The position numbers and the translations under genes were made by a program. Positions 11,782 to 27,435 of a DNA stretch of 64,000 nucleotides are shown here, one piece after another (positions within the stretch are counted from its first letter, which is position 1; every line of letters begins with the position of its first letter). Under the pieces are notes generated by a model. The model searched no databases, had not been told where the DNA came from, and saw nothing but the letters and a program-made list of their open reading frames with translations. The DNA comes from Octopus bimaculoides (lineage: Eukaryota), in the NCBI RefSeq assembly GCF_001194135.2, contig NC_068993.1, positions 52,513,148-52,577,147 of the forward strand, given 5' to 3'.

Positions 11782-14700
11782 TACATATGCTATATACATA
11801 TGTGTGTCTGTATATATATTGATGCAGGCACACTAGTGAACAATGTTTTAATAAAATTCTCTCTAAGTCATGCTTCAACAAGCAGACCAATTAATGAAGT
11901 CAAATGAAATTTTCTGGGATTTCCATTTCCAAGTAGTCTGACTAATGGCTATAATTCCAGTCCAAATAATTTCTTTGCAATGAACATTGTAGTTACTGGT
12001 CATAGGTAATATCATGAGAAAGTTAACTAGTAACAAATTGTAATGGTGTGATTCTGCATGGCTGTGTGGTTAAGAAGTTTGGTTCCCAGCAATATGGTTT
12101 CAGGTTCACTCCCACTGCTTGTCACTTTAGGCAAGTCTTTTCTGCTATAGCTCTTGACTGACCAAAGATTTGTGAGTGGATTTGGTGAATGGAAACTGAA
12201 AGAAGTCTACTGTAAGCCATCGTTGTCATCATCATTTGGGTTGAACTGTTCAACTAAAGCAGACAAGCCAGAGGACTGCACCAAGGTCCACTACCTGCTT
12301 TGGCATGGTTTCTTCAGCTGGATGCCTTTCCAAGTGCCAACCACTTTACAGAGTGAACTGGATGATTTTTGCATGGTATCAACACCAGGCTAATGTAGAA
12401 ATCACTTTGGTCAGCTGAAGACTATATTAGAAGTTACTTTGGTCAGCCCAAGGCTATAATAGAAGTCACTTACCCAAAGTATAACTTGGTATGACTGGAA
12501 TTTTATATTGATGTGTGTGTGTGTAGTAGTAGTAGTAGTAGTAGTAGTAATGTTATGAGATTATATAAAAAGTAAAGACTCCCTTTGGCCATGAATGACC
12601 ATGGGATTGCAACTAGTAAGTTACCCTCCAAGGAACTTGTGTGGACAAGGTTGTTTATGGAAGACCAGCAGTCACCCATACTTACCAGCCACCAATGTTG
12701 TCCAAGGGAAAGGCCAAGGCTGATAGAGCTTGGAACCAGTGACGTTGCAACTCATTTCTACAGCTGAGTGAACTGGAGCAACGTGAAATAAAGTTTCTTG
12801 CTGAAGAACACAACACACAGCCTGGTCTGGGAATCGAACTCGCTACCTCATGATTGTGATCCTGATGCTCTAACCACTGAGCCATGCGCTTTCATATGAG
12901 ATTATGTAATATAGCGAATAATGCCTTGCAAGGCCCAAATTACATCAGTTCAAAGTTTTGAGGGAAATATTAAGTATTCTCAGTGATACAGCCTATTTAT
13001 AATGTTTGTGTTTTATTGTTTTATTACAGGTGTTCAGTGTTTTTGATTGATACTGAAACTGAAGAGTTGGTCGCCAAAGTATTTGATGGGATTACCACTG
13101 ATAACAACGAGGTGAGAGCTTTATCAATGCATATCAATACATTATTTACTTCTTTAGTGATGATAACACAACTAGAAACTTCCTTATTGACATCACCTTC
13201 TTTCTTGGTTCTTTGTAACAAGGACATCCAGCCTTAAAAAAACAGTTTCTCCAAGAAATGGACTATCCCATTCCATCTCATGCAAACGAGGAAAAAATGT
13301 GTTTATGCATGTGTGTGCAATAGTATTTAGAATGAGTACCATCTGGCTTTAAATATGGTTTGGTGATGCTTTTGGGAGATCTGTAATTCATTGATTTGTT
13401 TATGGGCACCTTAAGCAACCGCCTTTTACTATAGCTGCAGGCCAACAAAAGCCTTCTGAGTGGACTTGCTCAATCAAAACTGAAAGAAGCCTGTCGTGTA
13501 TGTATATATACATGTGTGTGTGTCTGTGTTTGCCCCCCATCTCCCATCACCACCATCATTCTTGACAACCAATGTTGGTGTGTTTACATCCCTGTAACTT
13601 AGCAGTTTGGCAAAAGAGACCAATAGAATAAGTACTAGGCTTACAAAGAATAAGTCCTGGGGGTTGATTTCTTTGACTAAAAATCCTTTAAGGTGGTGCT
13701 CCAGCATGACCGCAGTCAAATGACTGAAACAAGTAAAAGAGTAAGGCATAAAAGACTTTCACCAACTCAATATTTTATAGTTGCAAGACAGTGAGCTGGC
13801 ACAATTGCTAACGCCCCAAACAAAATGCTTAGCGGCATTTCTTCCGTCTTTACGTTCTGAGTTCACATTCCACCGAGGTCGACTTTGCCTTTTATTCTTT
13901 CAGGGTCAATAAAATAAATGTCAGTTGAGTACTGAAATTTTGGGCTTTATGCCAAAATTTGAAATCAATATTTTATAGTCCATTTTGTCTGTCAATTGAT
14001 GCAAAACATTACTGTTAATGTAGCCTCTGGTTATGTCATTATTCTTGAACCTACACCTGCTTATGTTAAAATAAATCTTGTTGCTATCATCATCATCATC
14101 ATCATCATTATCATTGCCACTGCCTTCATCATCGTAATCATCTTTACTTTTTTCTTTTTGCTATTGCAACAGCTGTACTACTTCTTTGGTTTCTATTAAC
14201 AATACCGGATTTTTTTTTGATTTTTCGTATATTTCAGGCAATTTTTGTACTAACAATACATTTCTGTTTCATTTCTAGCCACAATCAGAGATTCGATTCC
14301 CACGGTCACATGGTATTGCTGGTCATGTAGCAACTAAAGGTAAATAATTCTTCACTTATAGTAGTTAAATGCTCTGAGGAAATTACATTTGGTTTTAAAA
14401 TCAATATTGTGTGTTCTGTAGGTAAATATCATTATATGTATAATAATATATGCCATAAGTTTTTTTTTTTTTATATATTTTGTGTGTGTATACACTTGTT
14501 CATCTAACATATATATATGTACATGTGTGTGTGTCTCCCTCTCCCAGTCTCTCTCGCCCTGTCTCTCTTTCTCTCTTTAGACCATTAATTCTTAGAGTTC
14601 CCCAAATTTTACCAGAGAAGAATATTAGTTTTTACTCGTATTTTTTTCATGCATATATATTAATTCATTTTTCTCTATTGTGTATATCCAAATGTGTGTG

Positions 14701-17700
14701 TGTGTGTGTGTATTTATATATATATATATAAATATGAATGCACACACATATATATGTGTCTGAGTATAATAAAAATTGAAGATTGGAGTATGTGATATTA
14801 CTTTTATTTCAGCTATGAAATAAATGTAATATCACAAGCTCCAATCTTCAGTTCTTATTTTCCAGACTCTATGATGGAAATGGAATCTTGGGATTTTCTG
14901 TTTATTTAAAATAACAGTATCATAGGTGAAATAGCCCTTTTGCAATTTTCAGATAGCTGTTGTCCATAGAAGTTCTTCTCAAGATAAACACACCTGGATT
15001 ATCTAATCCCAACTGACTCACTAAATATATGTTTATATACATACACAATGAAGGCACATGGCTCAGGGGTTAGAGCATTGGGCTCACAATCATGAGGTAA
15101 TGAGTTCAATTCTCAGATGAGGCTATGCATTCTTGAGCAAGACACTTTATTTCACATTGCTCCAGTTGACTCATCTGTAGAAATGAGTTGCAGCTTGTAC
15201 CAAGCTGTATTGGCCTTTGCCTTTTTCTTGGATAACATCGTTGGCATGGAGAGGGGAGGCTGGTATGCATGGGCAACTGCTGGTCTTCCGTAAACAACTT
15301 TGCCTGAACATGTGCCTCAGAAGATAACTTTCTAGGTGCAATCCCATGGTCATTAAAGACTGAAGGGGGTCTTTACCCTTTACCCTATACATACACACCC
15401 TTATATATATAGGTGCAAGTGAGGCTGTCTGGTAAGTTTACTTTCCAACCACATGGTTGCAGGTTCAGTCCCACAATGTAGTACTTTGAGCAGATGTCTT
15501 CTACTGTAGCCTTGGGTCAAACAAATCCTCTGTGAGTGGACTTAATAGACAGAACTGAAAGAAGTCCATGATATAGGTGGTGCCCCAACATGGCCACAGT
15601 CTAACGACTGAAACAAGTAAAAGATAAAAGATGCATATGTATGTGTGTGTGTGTGTGTGTGCATGCGGGAAGGGAGCACATATTTGTATGGCTGGAAGGA
15701 AGGGACACACAATGCAGGGCTTGGAGAAAGGAACACATGTTTTAGGACTTGGAGGAGGGATACCCCTTGTAGGACTGGGGAAAGGGAAACACAGTGTAAA
15801 ACTGGCCTAAAGTGCTAAGTATATTCTGGCATTGAAGTGTTCATGGTTTTATCATGAGAATTTGATCAAAGACTTTACAATTAAAAAAAAAGTAAGAGAA
15901 AACTTTTCAAATATGAATAAAGTGGAAGTATACAATAATAAGCATTATTTTCCGTTTTTGTTTCATTTTGAATACTAAAAATTTATTCTATGGTTTATCA
16001 TTGTTTACATTTTGAATTACATACACATGGGGAGGGCCACCAAAATCTTTTAAGTGCTTAAGGTCTCTATGGCTCTTAATCCACCCCTGATAAAGGGTGA
16101 CAATTAAGAATGTTGGGTAACAATTAAGAATGTTGAAGATTATTTAGGGTGTGTGGTCTGTATAAAGTGAATGCAGTTGTGCTTGGATGAAAGAATAAAG
16201 AAGTGGATAGTGATAAAAACTATGAATAAATAACTAAGATTCCTGAACAGTTATTGTTATTCCATTCCTTTTGTAGTTCTTAAATTGGTTTCCTACTTCA
16301 GGATTAAGTTCCTTATGTTTTTAATCATCACCAACAGATGAAATATATTATATGTTGCTTGTGTATAAGTATGTGAGTGTGAGTGTGATTGTGAGTGAGG
16401 ATATGCGGTTAAGACAAGATGAAAGTGGATATATGTGGCATGTGTGTTTATATATGTATACTTGGCAAAGATTGCATATGTTTATGTGTGTATCCTTATT
16501 AAAATGTATGCATGCTTAGAGGGATAAATAGGTAGAGAGAGAGAGAGAGAGAGAGACAGAAAGACAAGAGCTGTGTGAGTTGTGTATGCAAGAGAGACAG
16601 AAAGAGAAAGAGGAAGGAGAAAGAAAGTAAATAAATAGAACTATAGAGTTGTTGCTAATACATCAATCGTAATGAAACTTTATCTTCAACAGGAGAACTG
16701 CTGAATATTCGGGATGCATATTCTCACCCACTCTTTTATCGGGTGATCGATGAAAATACTGGCTTTAGGACACGGTAAGTAACATGCTGACCAATAACAT
16801 TTTCAAAGGATTTTCTCATTAATCTAACTATATTAAAATCTTACAGAAATAAACCATCCAAATCTTTTTATCTGAATTCAAATTGCCTGCAAGAGAAATC
16901 TGTTTACTAAATTCTTTATGAAACTCTGTTCTTCAGTGTTAAATTACTTGCTATATTTTTCTTTGTGTGGTTAAGAAATTCACTTCCAAATCACGTGATT
17001 TTGGATTCCTTCCCACTGCATGCCACCATAGGCAAGCACAAGATTGTGTGTTCATTTATATTTGTGGTTGTCCAAAATTCAATGGACTTCAAGCAATGAC
17101 ATTGTTGTCAATTCCTCTGTGAACCAATCTCCAGTTGGAATTGTGTCTTTATAGAAATGTGTAATAAGAGATCCTTTACTTGCAAAGCAAATAAGGATTA
17201 GTGACAGGAAGGTCATCCAATTGTAAGATAATGCCATTCTCATCTCTTTAGTCAGACCATGCAATCAGTTTCTTTATTGCAATAGAATTTGGAAACACAA
17301 GCAGTTTCTCTAAATCCATTTGCTTCTTCCACCTTTAGCACCATTCAGAACTTTTGAGTGTTAGCTTTCCTTTTCTTACATTTCAGCATTATTCTTTCTC
17401 ACCCTCCTCATGGAAAACAACAAGGTGTGAGTTTGTGTTGACTCTTATCAGACTGATGATGTTACATAGTTGTTTTAGTAAGGTAAAGTTACCTTCTTGG
17501 ATCATACCTTCTCATAAGGCATATATATTCTGCATTTGGACAGGATGCTGATTTGTTGTAAGATTACTCATTTTTGCCAGCTGAGTGGACTGGAGCAATG
17601 TGAAATGAAGTGTTTTGCTTAAGAACACAACGCGTCGCTCGGTCCAGGAATTGAAACCACAATCTTATGATCATGAGTCCAATACCCTAACCACTACGTC

Positions 17701-20700
17701 ACATGCCTCCACAGTTGTTTTAGTGCATCAGCTGGAATATTTAAGACTTGTTTACATCAATAGGCATACTCTAGATTCGTGGTTCTCAACCATTTCTTAT
17801 TTTTGATTCTTATCTTATTTGGATGAACCCTTCATAACCATTCGATGTTTAAAGAAATCCTATTATATTTTTATAATTAAATATTAGGAATACATTAAAA
17901 AGATTGTTAAAATGTTGCGAACCACTGCTCTATATGAAAGATGACTATTTATATGCTATTAGAATATTCTATGGCAATGATTCTTCTCACAAATAACCAT
18001 ACTGTCCAGCCCCACTATGTTAACCTAGGGTTAACATGGACTGGATCATCTGGCTTGGCAAAGTGTAACTCCACTGTTGCAGTCATGAAGCACATGTATG
18101 TGTTTTATATAAAATTGATACTTTCTTTTCATTCAACCATCACCCATTCTTTTCCACTTTTAGCCAAAATAATTAGCTGTCAATAGCTGACATCAATTCT
18201 ACAAAGTTCTATTGATGATTGCTGCTTTAGGAAAATGCTTTATCATCATCATCATTTTAATATCCATTTAACCATATTGTAATGAGTTGAACAGGTCTAT
18301 CTTGTTGTATATCACAAATTCATCATCAGCATTTGTCATTTCACTATTGAGACTGAACATCAAGATATCTCTTCACATGTTGTTTTTTTTTCAATTTACA
18401 ATTACCCACAGGTACCTTTCATTGTCAGCACATGGCTATATTTTCATCCACCACTCATCATCCATTTTGCATCATGTGACCATATCAGTGCTCTATTTAT
18501 TCTTACACGTTTGATGACTGGAAACTAAGGTTTAGCACTCCTGCTATTTTAATATTTTTCTCATTTGGAAAGGATTAGCTTAATAGGTGTGTTTGTTAGT
18601 AAATAAATTATTTTTTTTAAATGTTGCTGAATCTTTTAAAATTATTTTCCTTTTACTTTTTGATTTTGATGTATAATGAAAAGATTATGAGGAATTGGAA
18701 ATGTTATTTTGTATATATATATATGTGAATTCTTTCAAGCAAGTATATAAAGGAATTAAATATATATAAAAAATGAAATGTTGTAAAGTACATTTAATAA
18801 GAACAGCTGGAAAAAAATATACAGTTTTTCTGAAGAGGAAATCTTATTTCAATTTCAACATTTTATTTTTTAATTTAATTTCAGAAATATTCTTTGCTTT
18901 CCAATTCAAGATGAAAAAGGTAATTACAAACCATTGTTCCCCTCAACACTCTCAATATTGATAGATTTTTCTGCGTAATAATTTCCCAACTCCTACACTT
19001 AATCCATCACATAGTTCAACACTACCACTTAGCCCTTGGATGCTTTTAACGGAATTCACTCTGTTGAAAATATTTGCGTTAGGTCTCCCATATGAAGATA
19101 GCTATGTAAATTGTTCTGGAAAGTCTCCACTTTGCATCATGGAAAAATACCATATTGACATGCAAAAAAAAATATATATATATACATGTTCTATAAAGGA
19201 AATGAAACTGCATCTAGATGCAGTCACCCAAATTGATAAATATTGAGAAATTTGTCAAAGTTGCTGGCAAGATAAATATATTAAGATGACAAAGTAATAG
19301 TAGCATGACAGTAAATTGGCGCTCTGTCAGTTACAACGATGAGGGTTCCAGTTGATTCAATCTACAGAATAACCCGCTTGTGAAATTAACATGCAAGTGG
19401 CTGAGTACTCCACAGACAGGCGTACCCTTAATGTAGTTCTCAGGGAGATTCAGCATGACACAAGATATGACAAGGCTGACCCTTTAAAATAGAGGTCTTA
19501 CTCATTTTTGCCAGTTGAGTGAACTGAAGCAACGTGAAATAAAGTGTCTTGCTTAAGGATACAAATGCCCTAACCACTAAGCTATATGCTTTCAGTATAA
19601 CAGTAACATCTGATGAAAGCAATTGACAGTAAACGTCTGTGATTCAGAAGGTTGCAGCCAATTGCTTTCATTAATCAAATAAATTGTTGTTGAACTATAT
19701 ATAACAGATAATATGTAGCCTACTAATATTTACTTTAATATTTACAATTTGTTGATTATTATATTAAGCATCCAGCTATAAATACTTGCCTATTCAAGCA
19801 AATACTTTTGACTCTACCAGATCTAAAACTATGTAAAAAATAGTTAATAATAGGCACAGACCGTTCGTGTAATAAGAAGTTTGCTTTCCAGTCACATGGT
19901 TCTGGATTCAGTCCCAACACATGGCATTATGGGTGTCTTCTACTATAGCCCTGGGCAACCACGGCCTTGTTAGTTGATTTGGTTGATGGAAACTGAAAGA
20001 AACCTGTCACGTGTGTTTGTGTGTGTGCAAGTGTCTTTGTGTTTGTTTCCCACCACTGCTTGACAACTAGTGTTGATTTGTTTACATCCCTGTAACTTAG
20101 TGCTTTGGCAAAAAGAGACTGATAGAATAAGTACAAAACTGAAATATAAGTACTGGAGTTGATTTGTTGACTAAACCCATCAAAACTAAAACAAGTAAAA
20201 GATAAATAGAAACATTATTATTTTCTAAATCTCTCAAAGAGAGATATTCAGTAACAGTTCTTTAAAGTAAAGGCTATTTTCCAACATAATGTGGCTGTCC
20301 TGTAAAGGACAATTGTTACTGTTGTTTAGCCCCAGGAAACATCGTTTCCAGATGGCTATACCACATAATATCTGTGTCCATATATTTTCGAACAGAGGAG
20401 CTCAGCACCCCCATCCAGCACAATACAACATCTGTGGATAGGTCACAGACAAGTGTCATATACCCAGCTGGAAACGATGTTTCCTGGGACTAAACAACAG
20501 TAACAATCGTCCCTTCCAGGACAGCCACATTATTGTTGGCAAATAGTCTTTACTTCAAGTAAAAGATAATAAAAATGAAGATTATGCAGACTCATGGGAT
20601 AATAATGTTAAATTCTAAGGAGTAAAGTTTATTGGCCCTACCCTTAAAGGTGAACTAGCCTATAAGTTTAAGCAAGTACTAAGTGAAGTGAAACTTAGGA

Positions 20701-23700
20701 CTAAAGTAGTTGAAAGGACAAGCTGATCCATCAGATCACAGATATAAGCAAGACATTCTTTTTCCATGAGACCACATCTACACAAAATTAGTTGAAAGGA
20801 CAAGCTGACCCATTAGATTGCAGATAAAAAAAAACATTCCCTTTCAATAAGACCGCATCTACAAACTTAATGTACTGCACAGCATGCAAAATGAATCCAA
20901 AATGAATCCAAAATAAATTTTTTTTTTTTTTTTAAATTGATAAAAAATGTCTTTTTGAATATTTCTACTACTTTTTATTTTTATCCTTTTTGATATATGT
21001 TTGCAAAGAATATTATAAAGGATTGCAAGTTCGTTGTTTATCCATGTTCAGTGGCAGCTGTTCTCTTATATTCTATAGGTTGTGTGATTGGAGTGGCCCA
21101 GTTATGTAACAAGAAAACAGGCCCTTGTTTTACTGCATTTGATGAGGCTATCGCTTCAGCTTTTGCTGTCTACTGTTGTATAAGTATTAGTCATGTGAGT
21201 TACAGCTTCATTTTTATTATTCTTAAACTTTTTCTTCTTCCTTTACAACTAAAAATATCTAATTAGAGATACCTAATTAGCCTCAATATCCACTTAGAAA
21301 ACTCTATAATCACAATCATTTAAATATAATTATCACCATAAATATAAGTTATGATATATTCTTGCTGTTGTTGTTGTTTCTTTGTGAGTCAGTCCTTGAA
21401 TATAATTTACTGTTTGTACCATTAATATACCTAAACCCCACAGTAGCTCACTGATAAAATCCTGATGTTCCTATATATAAAACCTACGTTCAAATTATGC
21501 CTCATTTATACTTAAATAATGAAAATTAATTTAGGGATACACCAAGCTCGTTGTAATGCTCATGAGGACCATTCTTTTATTTGTAATATGAATGGTCATC
21601 ATGAGAATTTACATCATTATTTCTGGCTCCCCCTCCATTTCATTTGACCCCAGTAGTTCATTGATAAGTACATTGTGAGCCATTTGATGCAAGCTCAAGA
21701 CCACCCTGCCTGGAAAAGCTGAACCAACAGAGGTGCCATCTCCTAGAAACAGAACAGGATTGCAGGGAGCACAAAGAAAACATGAACTGTGCAAATTCAA
21801 AATCAATTTGTTGTCTTCAGTCCCAGCAGACCATGAGTCCCCAACCTGCGACAGAGACTTCCATGTGTGCATCAGACTGATCAGCTGCAACCAGTCACAC
21901 TGTGACCCATCTTTTTCCTCCAATTGATGTCTTTGGTTGACAATAACTGATGCACTAACATAACACATTGTGAACCTAATATTACCTCATTTTGTTTTAC
22001 ACTTGGAACAAATTCTTTTCCATCTTAATCACTTCATCACCTCCAAATCCATCCCCTTCTCATATTCAAAATAGATTCAAATTATCATTCAATATACTAA
22101 ACAGTTTTTCCTCCAATTTGCAAGCACTTGCAAACTCTGATCCAACCTTGCTTTAAATCAGATGTCATATGTATACACTGTCTTATCTGCCCCAGTTTTG
22201 TACCAGCTGAAGTAAATATCCACTATCACTCATGGAATCAATAATAGAGGCCGCCATGCAAATTTCATGGAATCTGATAGGTTTGTTAGATTCTTCATGT
22301 AAATATTTCCAACTCAGTTTGAGGTTTCATCACCATAATAGAATGAAAATTGTGCTTTTGACAGTTACACCAACATTTCCACTACGTCTTCCTATCAAAT
22401 TCATAAACATTCAGCTAATTCTTCTGGTCCTTCGACAATTACCATTGGTGCAGCTTAGTTGCCTGATAAACAACTGTTATCATGGGGTTAAGCAAAGTGC
22501 TTAACACTTAGAGTGTACAAGCTAGCAGCTCTAGAAAACTGGAGCTACAAGATTTAATCGTTATCATCATCATCATTGTTTAATATCCGCTTCCCATGCT
22601 GGCATGGGTATATAAACAGATGTCTATAATGCCTTCTACTTAAGTATACATATCATACCATCCTTCATTTCTTCCTAACATTCTGTGCATAGATGTCATC
22701 CACATGCAGTCCTAGACATCTCACTCAAAACTTGCACCAACTTGAACATAGAGAGATCTTATAAATGTCTTCCATTGAGGAGATGCTAGGTTTGAGTCCA
22801 TTGGCTGTACAAAGACAATCACTAAAACGTATCAAGGAAGCAATCTTTTATTCACTCATCCATTTCTTGTGGATAAAATACAGCTAGAACCATACACTGA
22901 TGATCTATTTTGAAGATTTTTTTGGACATGCATCTGATCATCGACCCCAGTTCTTGAATTAGATTTGTAAATCTACCACTTGCTAGACTGATTATGCCTA
23001 ATTAAAAAAACATGTATTTATCATCATCATCATTATCATCATCTTCATCATCATCATCATGAATACACTATAAATATTCTTAGTAAATATATCCTAGTTG
23101 AATCACAAAGCTCAGTTACTTGATAAATTACACCGAAATATGCATCACCTTGAAATTCACTGAACTCAACCTATAATAAAAAAAATATATATTTTAAAAG
23201 TCTCTAAAAATAAATGAAAAATCTATAAAGTTAATACAGGAACATATTTTTTTTTATTTTATTTATTTATTATTTTTTTTTTTTTTGCAGTTTTTCAGTT
23301 ACATCTCAGCAAATGTTTATTTTCGTGCACAGTCAGATTTCATAAAACGTAGTTTAGAANNNNNNNNNNNNNNNNNNNNNNNNNNNNNNNNNNNNNNNNN
23401 NNNNNNNNNNNNNNNNNNNNNNNNNNNNNNNNNNNNNNNNNNNNNNNNNNNNNNNNNNNNNNNNNNNNNNNNNNNNNNNNNNNNNNNNNNNNNNNNNNNN
23501 NNNNNNNNNNNNNNNNNNNNNNNNNNNNNNNNNNNNNNNNNNNNNNNNNNNNNNNNNNNNNNNNNNNNNNNNNNNNNNNNNNNNNNNNNNNNNNNNNNNN
23601 NNNNNNNNNNNNNNNNNNNNNNNNNNNNNNNNNNNNNNNNNNNNNNNNNNNNNNNNNNNNNNNNNNNNNNNNNNNNNNNNNNNNNNNNNNNNNNNNNNNN

Positions 23701-23973
23701 NNNNNNNNNNNNNNNNNNNNNNNNNNNNNNNNNNNNNNNNNNNNNNNNNNNNNNNNNNNNNNNNNNNNNNNNNNNNNNNNNNNNNNNNNNNNNNNNNNNN
23801 NNNNNNNNNNNNNNNNNNNNNNNNNNNNNNNNNNNNNNNNNNNNNNNNNNNNNNNNNNNNNNNNNNNNNNNNNNNNNNNNNNNNNNNNNNNNNNNNNNNN
23901 NNNNNNNNNNNNNNNNNNNNNNNNNNNNNNNNNNNNNNTGTGTGTGTGTGTGTGCATTGTATATATATGTATG

Positions 23974-24016
<43 letters not shown>

Positions 24017-25093
24017 TTGTGTGTGTGTATGTATGTCTATATGTATATTGACACAGGCATGGCTCTGAGGTTAAGAAGCTCACTATGTAACCATATGGTT
24101 TCAGGTTCAATCCCACTGTGCAACACTATCTGCTATATAGTCCCAGGCCAACTAATGCCTTGTGAGTGAATTTGGTTGATAGAGACTGTGTGGAAGTCCA
24201 TCGTGTGTACATGATTCCTTACAAGTAATGTTTTGTCAGTGATATCAAAAAGGCCTGAGTTTGCTCCTGATTCCCTGAGACAAACTTCCTAAATTATGGG
24301 CCCCACCTGCAAGGTCATGCACTGTTAGTCTTGATATGAGATCACCATGTCATGCACATGTAGTTATGATGCATATGTCTGGTGTACCTTTATCAGACAG
24401 GAAGTCATGTCCCTTAGTGGCTGATGATATGTGCATTTCTGATTTAAAATCTCAAGACCAGCTTACTAATGACTAAGTTAATTTACTAAATTCTTCATTT
24501 TATTTTCAAATAAACACTGTATGTTTCAACAGAAATATGAAAAGCAAAGAGTTAAAATAATGGTGCTAGATCTGTTAAAACAGTGGTTGTAAACCAGGAT
24601 TCATATGACCCTTGGAGATCTATATAAGATTTTGCTATTAAAATTCATGTGCAATAAATTGGTTATGTTTCTACAGTACACAAAATATTTTAACAATTTT
24701 TAAAATACAATTTCTAATAATATTTAATTATAAAAATATAACAGAGCTTTTTTAAACATCGAATGGCTGTGAGGGTCCTTCCAAATTAAATGGGAATCAA
24801 AAATGGTCCATAAGTAAAGAATAGTTGAGGACCACTAGTCAAGAGTATGCCTGGTGATGTAATCTAATCTTAAATGTCCTGCTGGTGCACTAAAACAATT
24901 ATGTAACATCCTCACTCTGATAAGAATGAACACCAGCTTGCACAATAAATTAGTTATACTGCTACTAAACACAAAATATTTTAACAATTTTTTTTCATAT
25001 AATTCTTAATAATATTTAATTTTAAAAATATAATAGGATTTTTTAAATATTGAATTGGTCATCATCATCATCATCGTCAACGATATCACCATC

Positions 25094-25140
<47 letters not shown>

Positions 25141-25673
25141 CCACTGTCCTAACTACTATCACCACTACCACGATCACCATCTAAACATCTCTGTCATTTC
25201 CCTTTCATATTACGAAAGGGAATTTTCCTCACATTCAATAAAAGATGGGCTACTGCAAATAATCTGCTCAATACCACAGATTTGCAACCAGTTGAGCATG
25301 TCCCTTAGTGACTGATGATATGTGCATCTCTGATCATGAGCAGAAGTTTTGGGGGAGCATCATAGCCATGTGTTGAGAGGAATTCTTTGGGGTTTGGATA
25401 ATTCACCTCTGGAAACATGGGTGTTTTGTTCAACATCCTTAAACAACCCTTATTAAGGGACCTCTTTGAGTGGGATGGGCTACTCGACCTAAAGAAAATT
25501 CTAACTGGGCCCCACCTGCAAGGTCATGCACTGTTAATCTTGATATTCTTGTGATGCCTGGTGTACCCTTATCAGACAGGAAATCATGATGGGTATATTG
25601 GGGTTCGTATATTTGCACCCCAGTGTCACTTTGGTGGCATGCACTGCTCTCTCACTCAATAATAATAATAATA

Positions 25674-25718
<45 letters not shown>

Positions 25719-26072
25719 TCCACCTTAGCAAAGGTGGAGATATTGTTTTCAGTCATGTTTGTTTGTTGGTTTTTCTGTGGACAAGATATCTCAAGAGCCA
25801 CCGGATGGATTCAGATGAAACTTTCAGGGATGTTTGGCCTCGTGACTGACACAAACCGATTAGATTTTGGGATCGATCTGGTACTGGACAAGGGTTCCAG
25901 ATTATTTTCCGTGTCTTTCTTTTTTACTTAATTTTTGAGAGCAGTTAGGTTCATTTTTAGTATTCTTGTTTGTGAGAGCAGTCAAGTTTATTTAAGATAT
26001 TATCATTTTAAAAATCATCTCTGGCTAATCGTTGAGAGGACGTTGGCAGAGGTTTGTACTCTCTGAATGCTC

Positions 26073-26112
<40 letters not shown>

Positions 26113-26733
26113 CATTATTATTGATTTGACTCAGGTTCAGTCTTATTCCTGGTAGGATTTATGCAAGCAGTGAGTTACAACCTGTAAACTTAGGTATCCA
26201 CAAGCTTCCAATTGTCTTTCAAGTGCTTAGAACCCTCCTAATAATCTTTCCTGTCCTGAAGAGGCAAATTTTCTGTAGAAGCTCTATTATCATTTTCATT
26301 ATCAAGGCAGCTAACTAGCCGAATCTTTCACACACTCATGTCAAAATCAACAGGAGTGATCATCATCATCATTATCATGATCCATGTCTTAGCTCCATTC
26401 TGCAGCTTAGAAAGGCAACACTTTCCTCAACATATGAACTGTTCCAAGTATTAATGCCAATTGAATACTTCCTGTGAAGTTTGATGTTTGGTATTTGTAG
26501 CTTCTGATGCCAAAATATTTGCTCTCTTTGAGATGGCCCCCCCCAAGTGCACCGACCACAATAGGTACTGCCACACTCACTTTTGAGACTCTATGGATTC
26601 TTTTCACTTCCAGTCTTAGATCTTGGTACTTCCTAACTTTCTTGTTCTCTGTCTTCACAATATACTGCTCTTCAAGAATAGCTACCTCGATGAAGGTCCA
26701 TTCTTTAGACTTCATCAGTAGGTATTCATTATT

Positions 26734-26769
<36 letters not shown>

Positions 26770-27367
26770 GGTAGTAGTAGTAGTAGTAGTAGTGGTGGTG
26801 TTATATCTCACTTCTTACATTTTAAAAATTATTTCATGCAATTAAGGGTAATTACAAGTTTTATTACATATATACCAATGAAATCAGATGTGATTTTTCT
26901 AAGTGGTTATTGAGGCTAAGAATCGATACCTTAGCATACATAATGCTTTGGGGTTTTTTTTTTTTTTAATCACTTCAGTTTGTTGTGTTGAAACTGTCCA
27001 TATTCTAGATACATTTTATACTTTAAAAGCTCTTTCTAGAAATTGGGTAAAAATGAAAAAATATCTAAAACTAATTAATGATCCCTGTTAACAATTTTAT
27101 GTATACAGATATACAGTTATTCTGATGGTAAGTTCATCATATATATATGTATTTATATATATATACATACAGATATAGATATATATATGTGCACGTATAT
27201 ACACATATATATATATACATATATAAACACATACACATGTATACATATTCCTCTATGCATGGCTCAATGATTAAGAAGTTTGTTTCAAGGATTCCAAGTA
27301 ATCAACAGACAAACTTGAGACTACACTATTATGAAACAAATTATTTAATCAATCAGCCATGCCTGCC

Positions 27368-27435
<68 letters not shown>

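Noticed and set aside
20707-20863. CRISPR-like direct repeats
   Set aside because: Eukaryotic context, only two units and no unique spacers; a simple tandem duplication.
22000-22500. Possible processed pseudogene on the - strand
   Set aside because: All frames are riddled with stops; only a faint RT-like TSDLKQG motif, so it is more likely an old LINE relic that I cannot classify.
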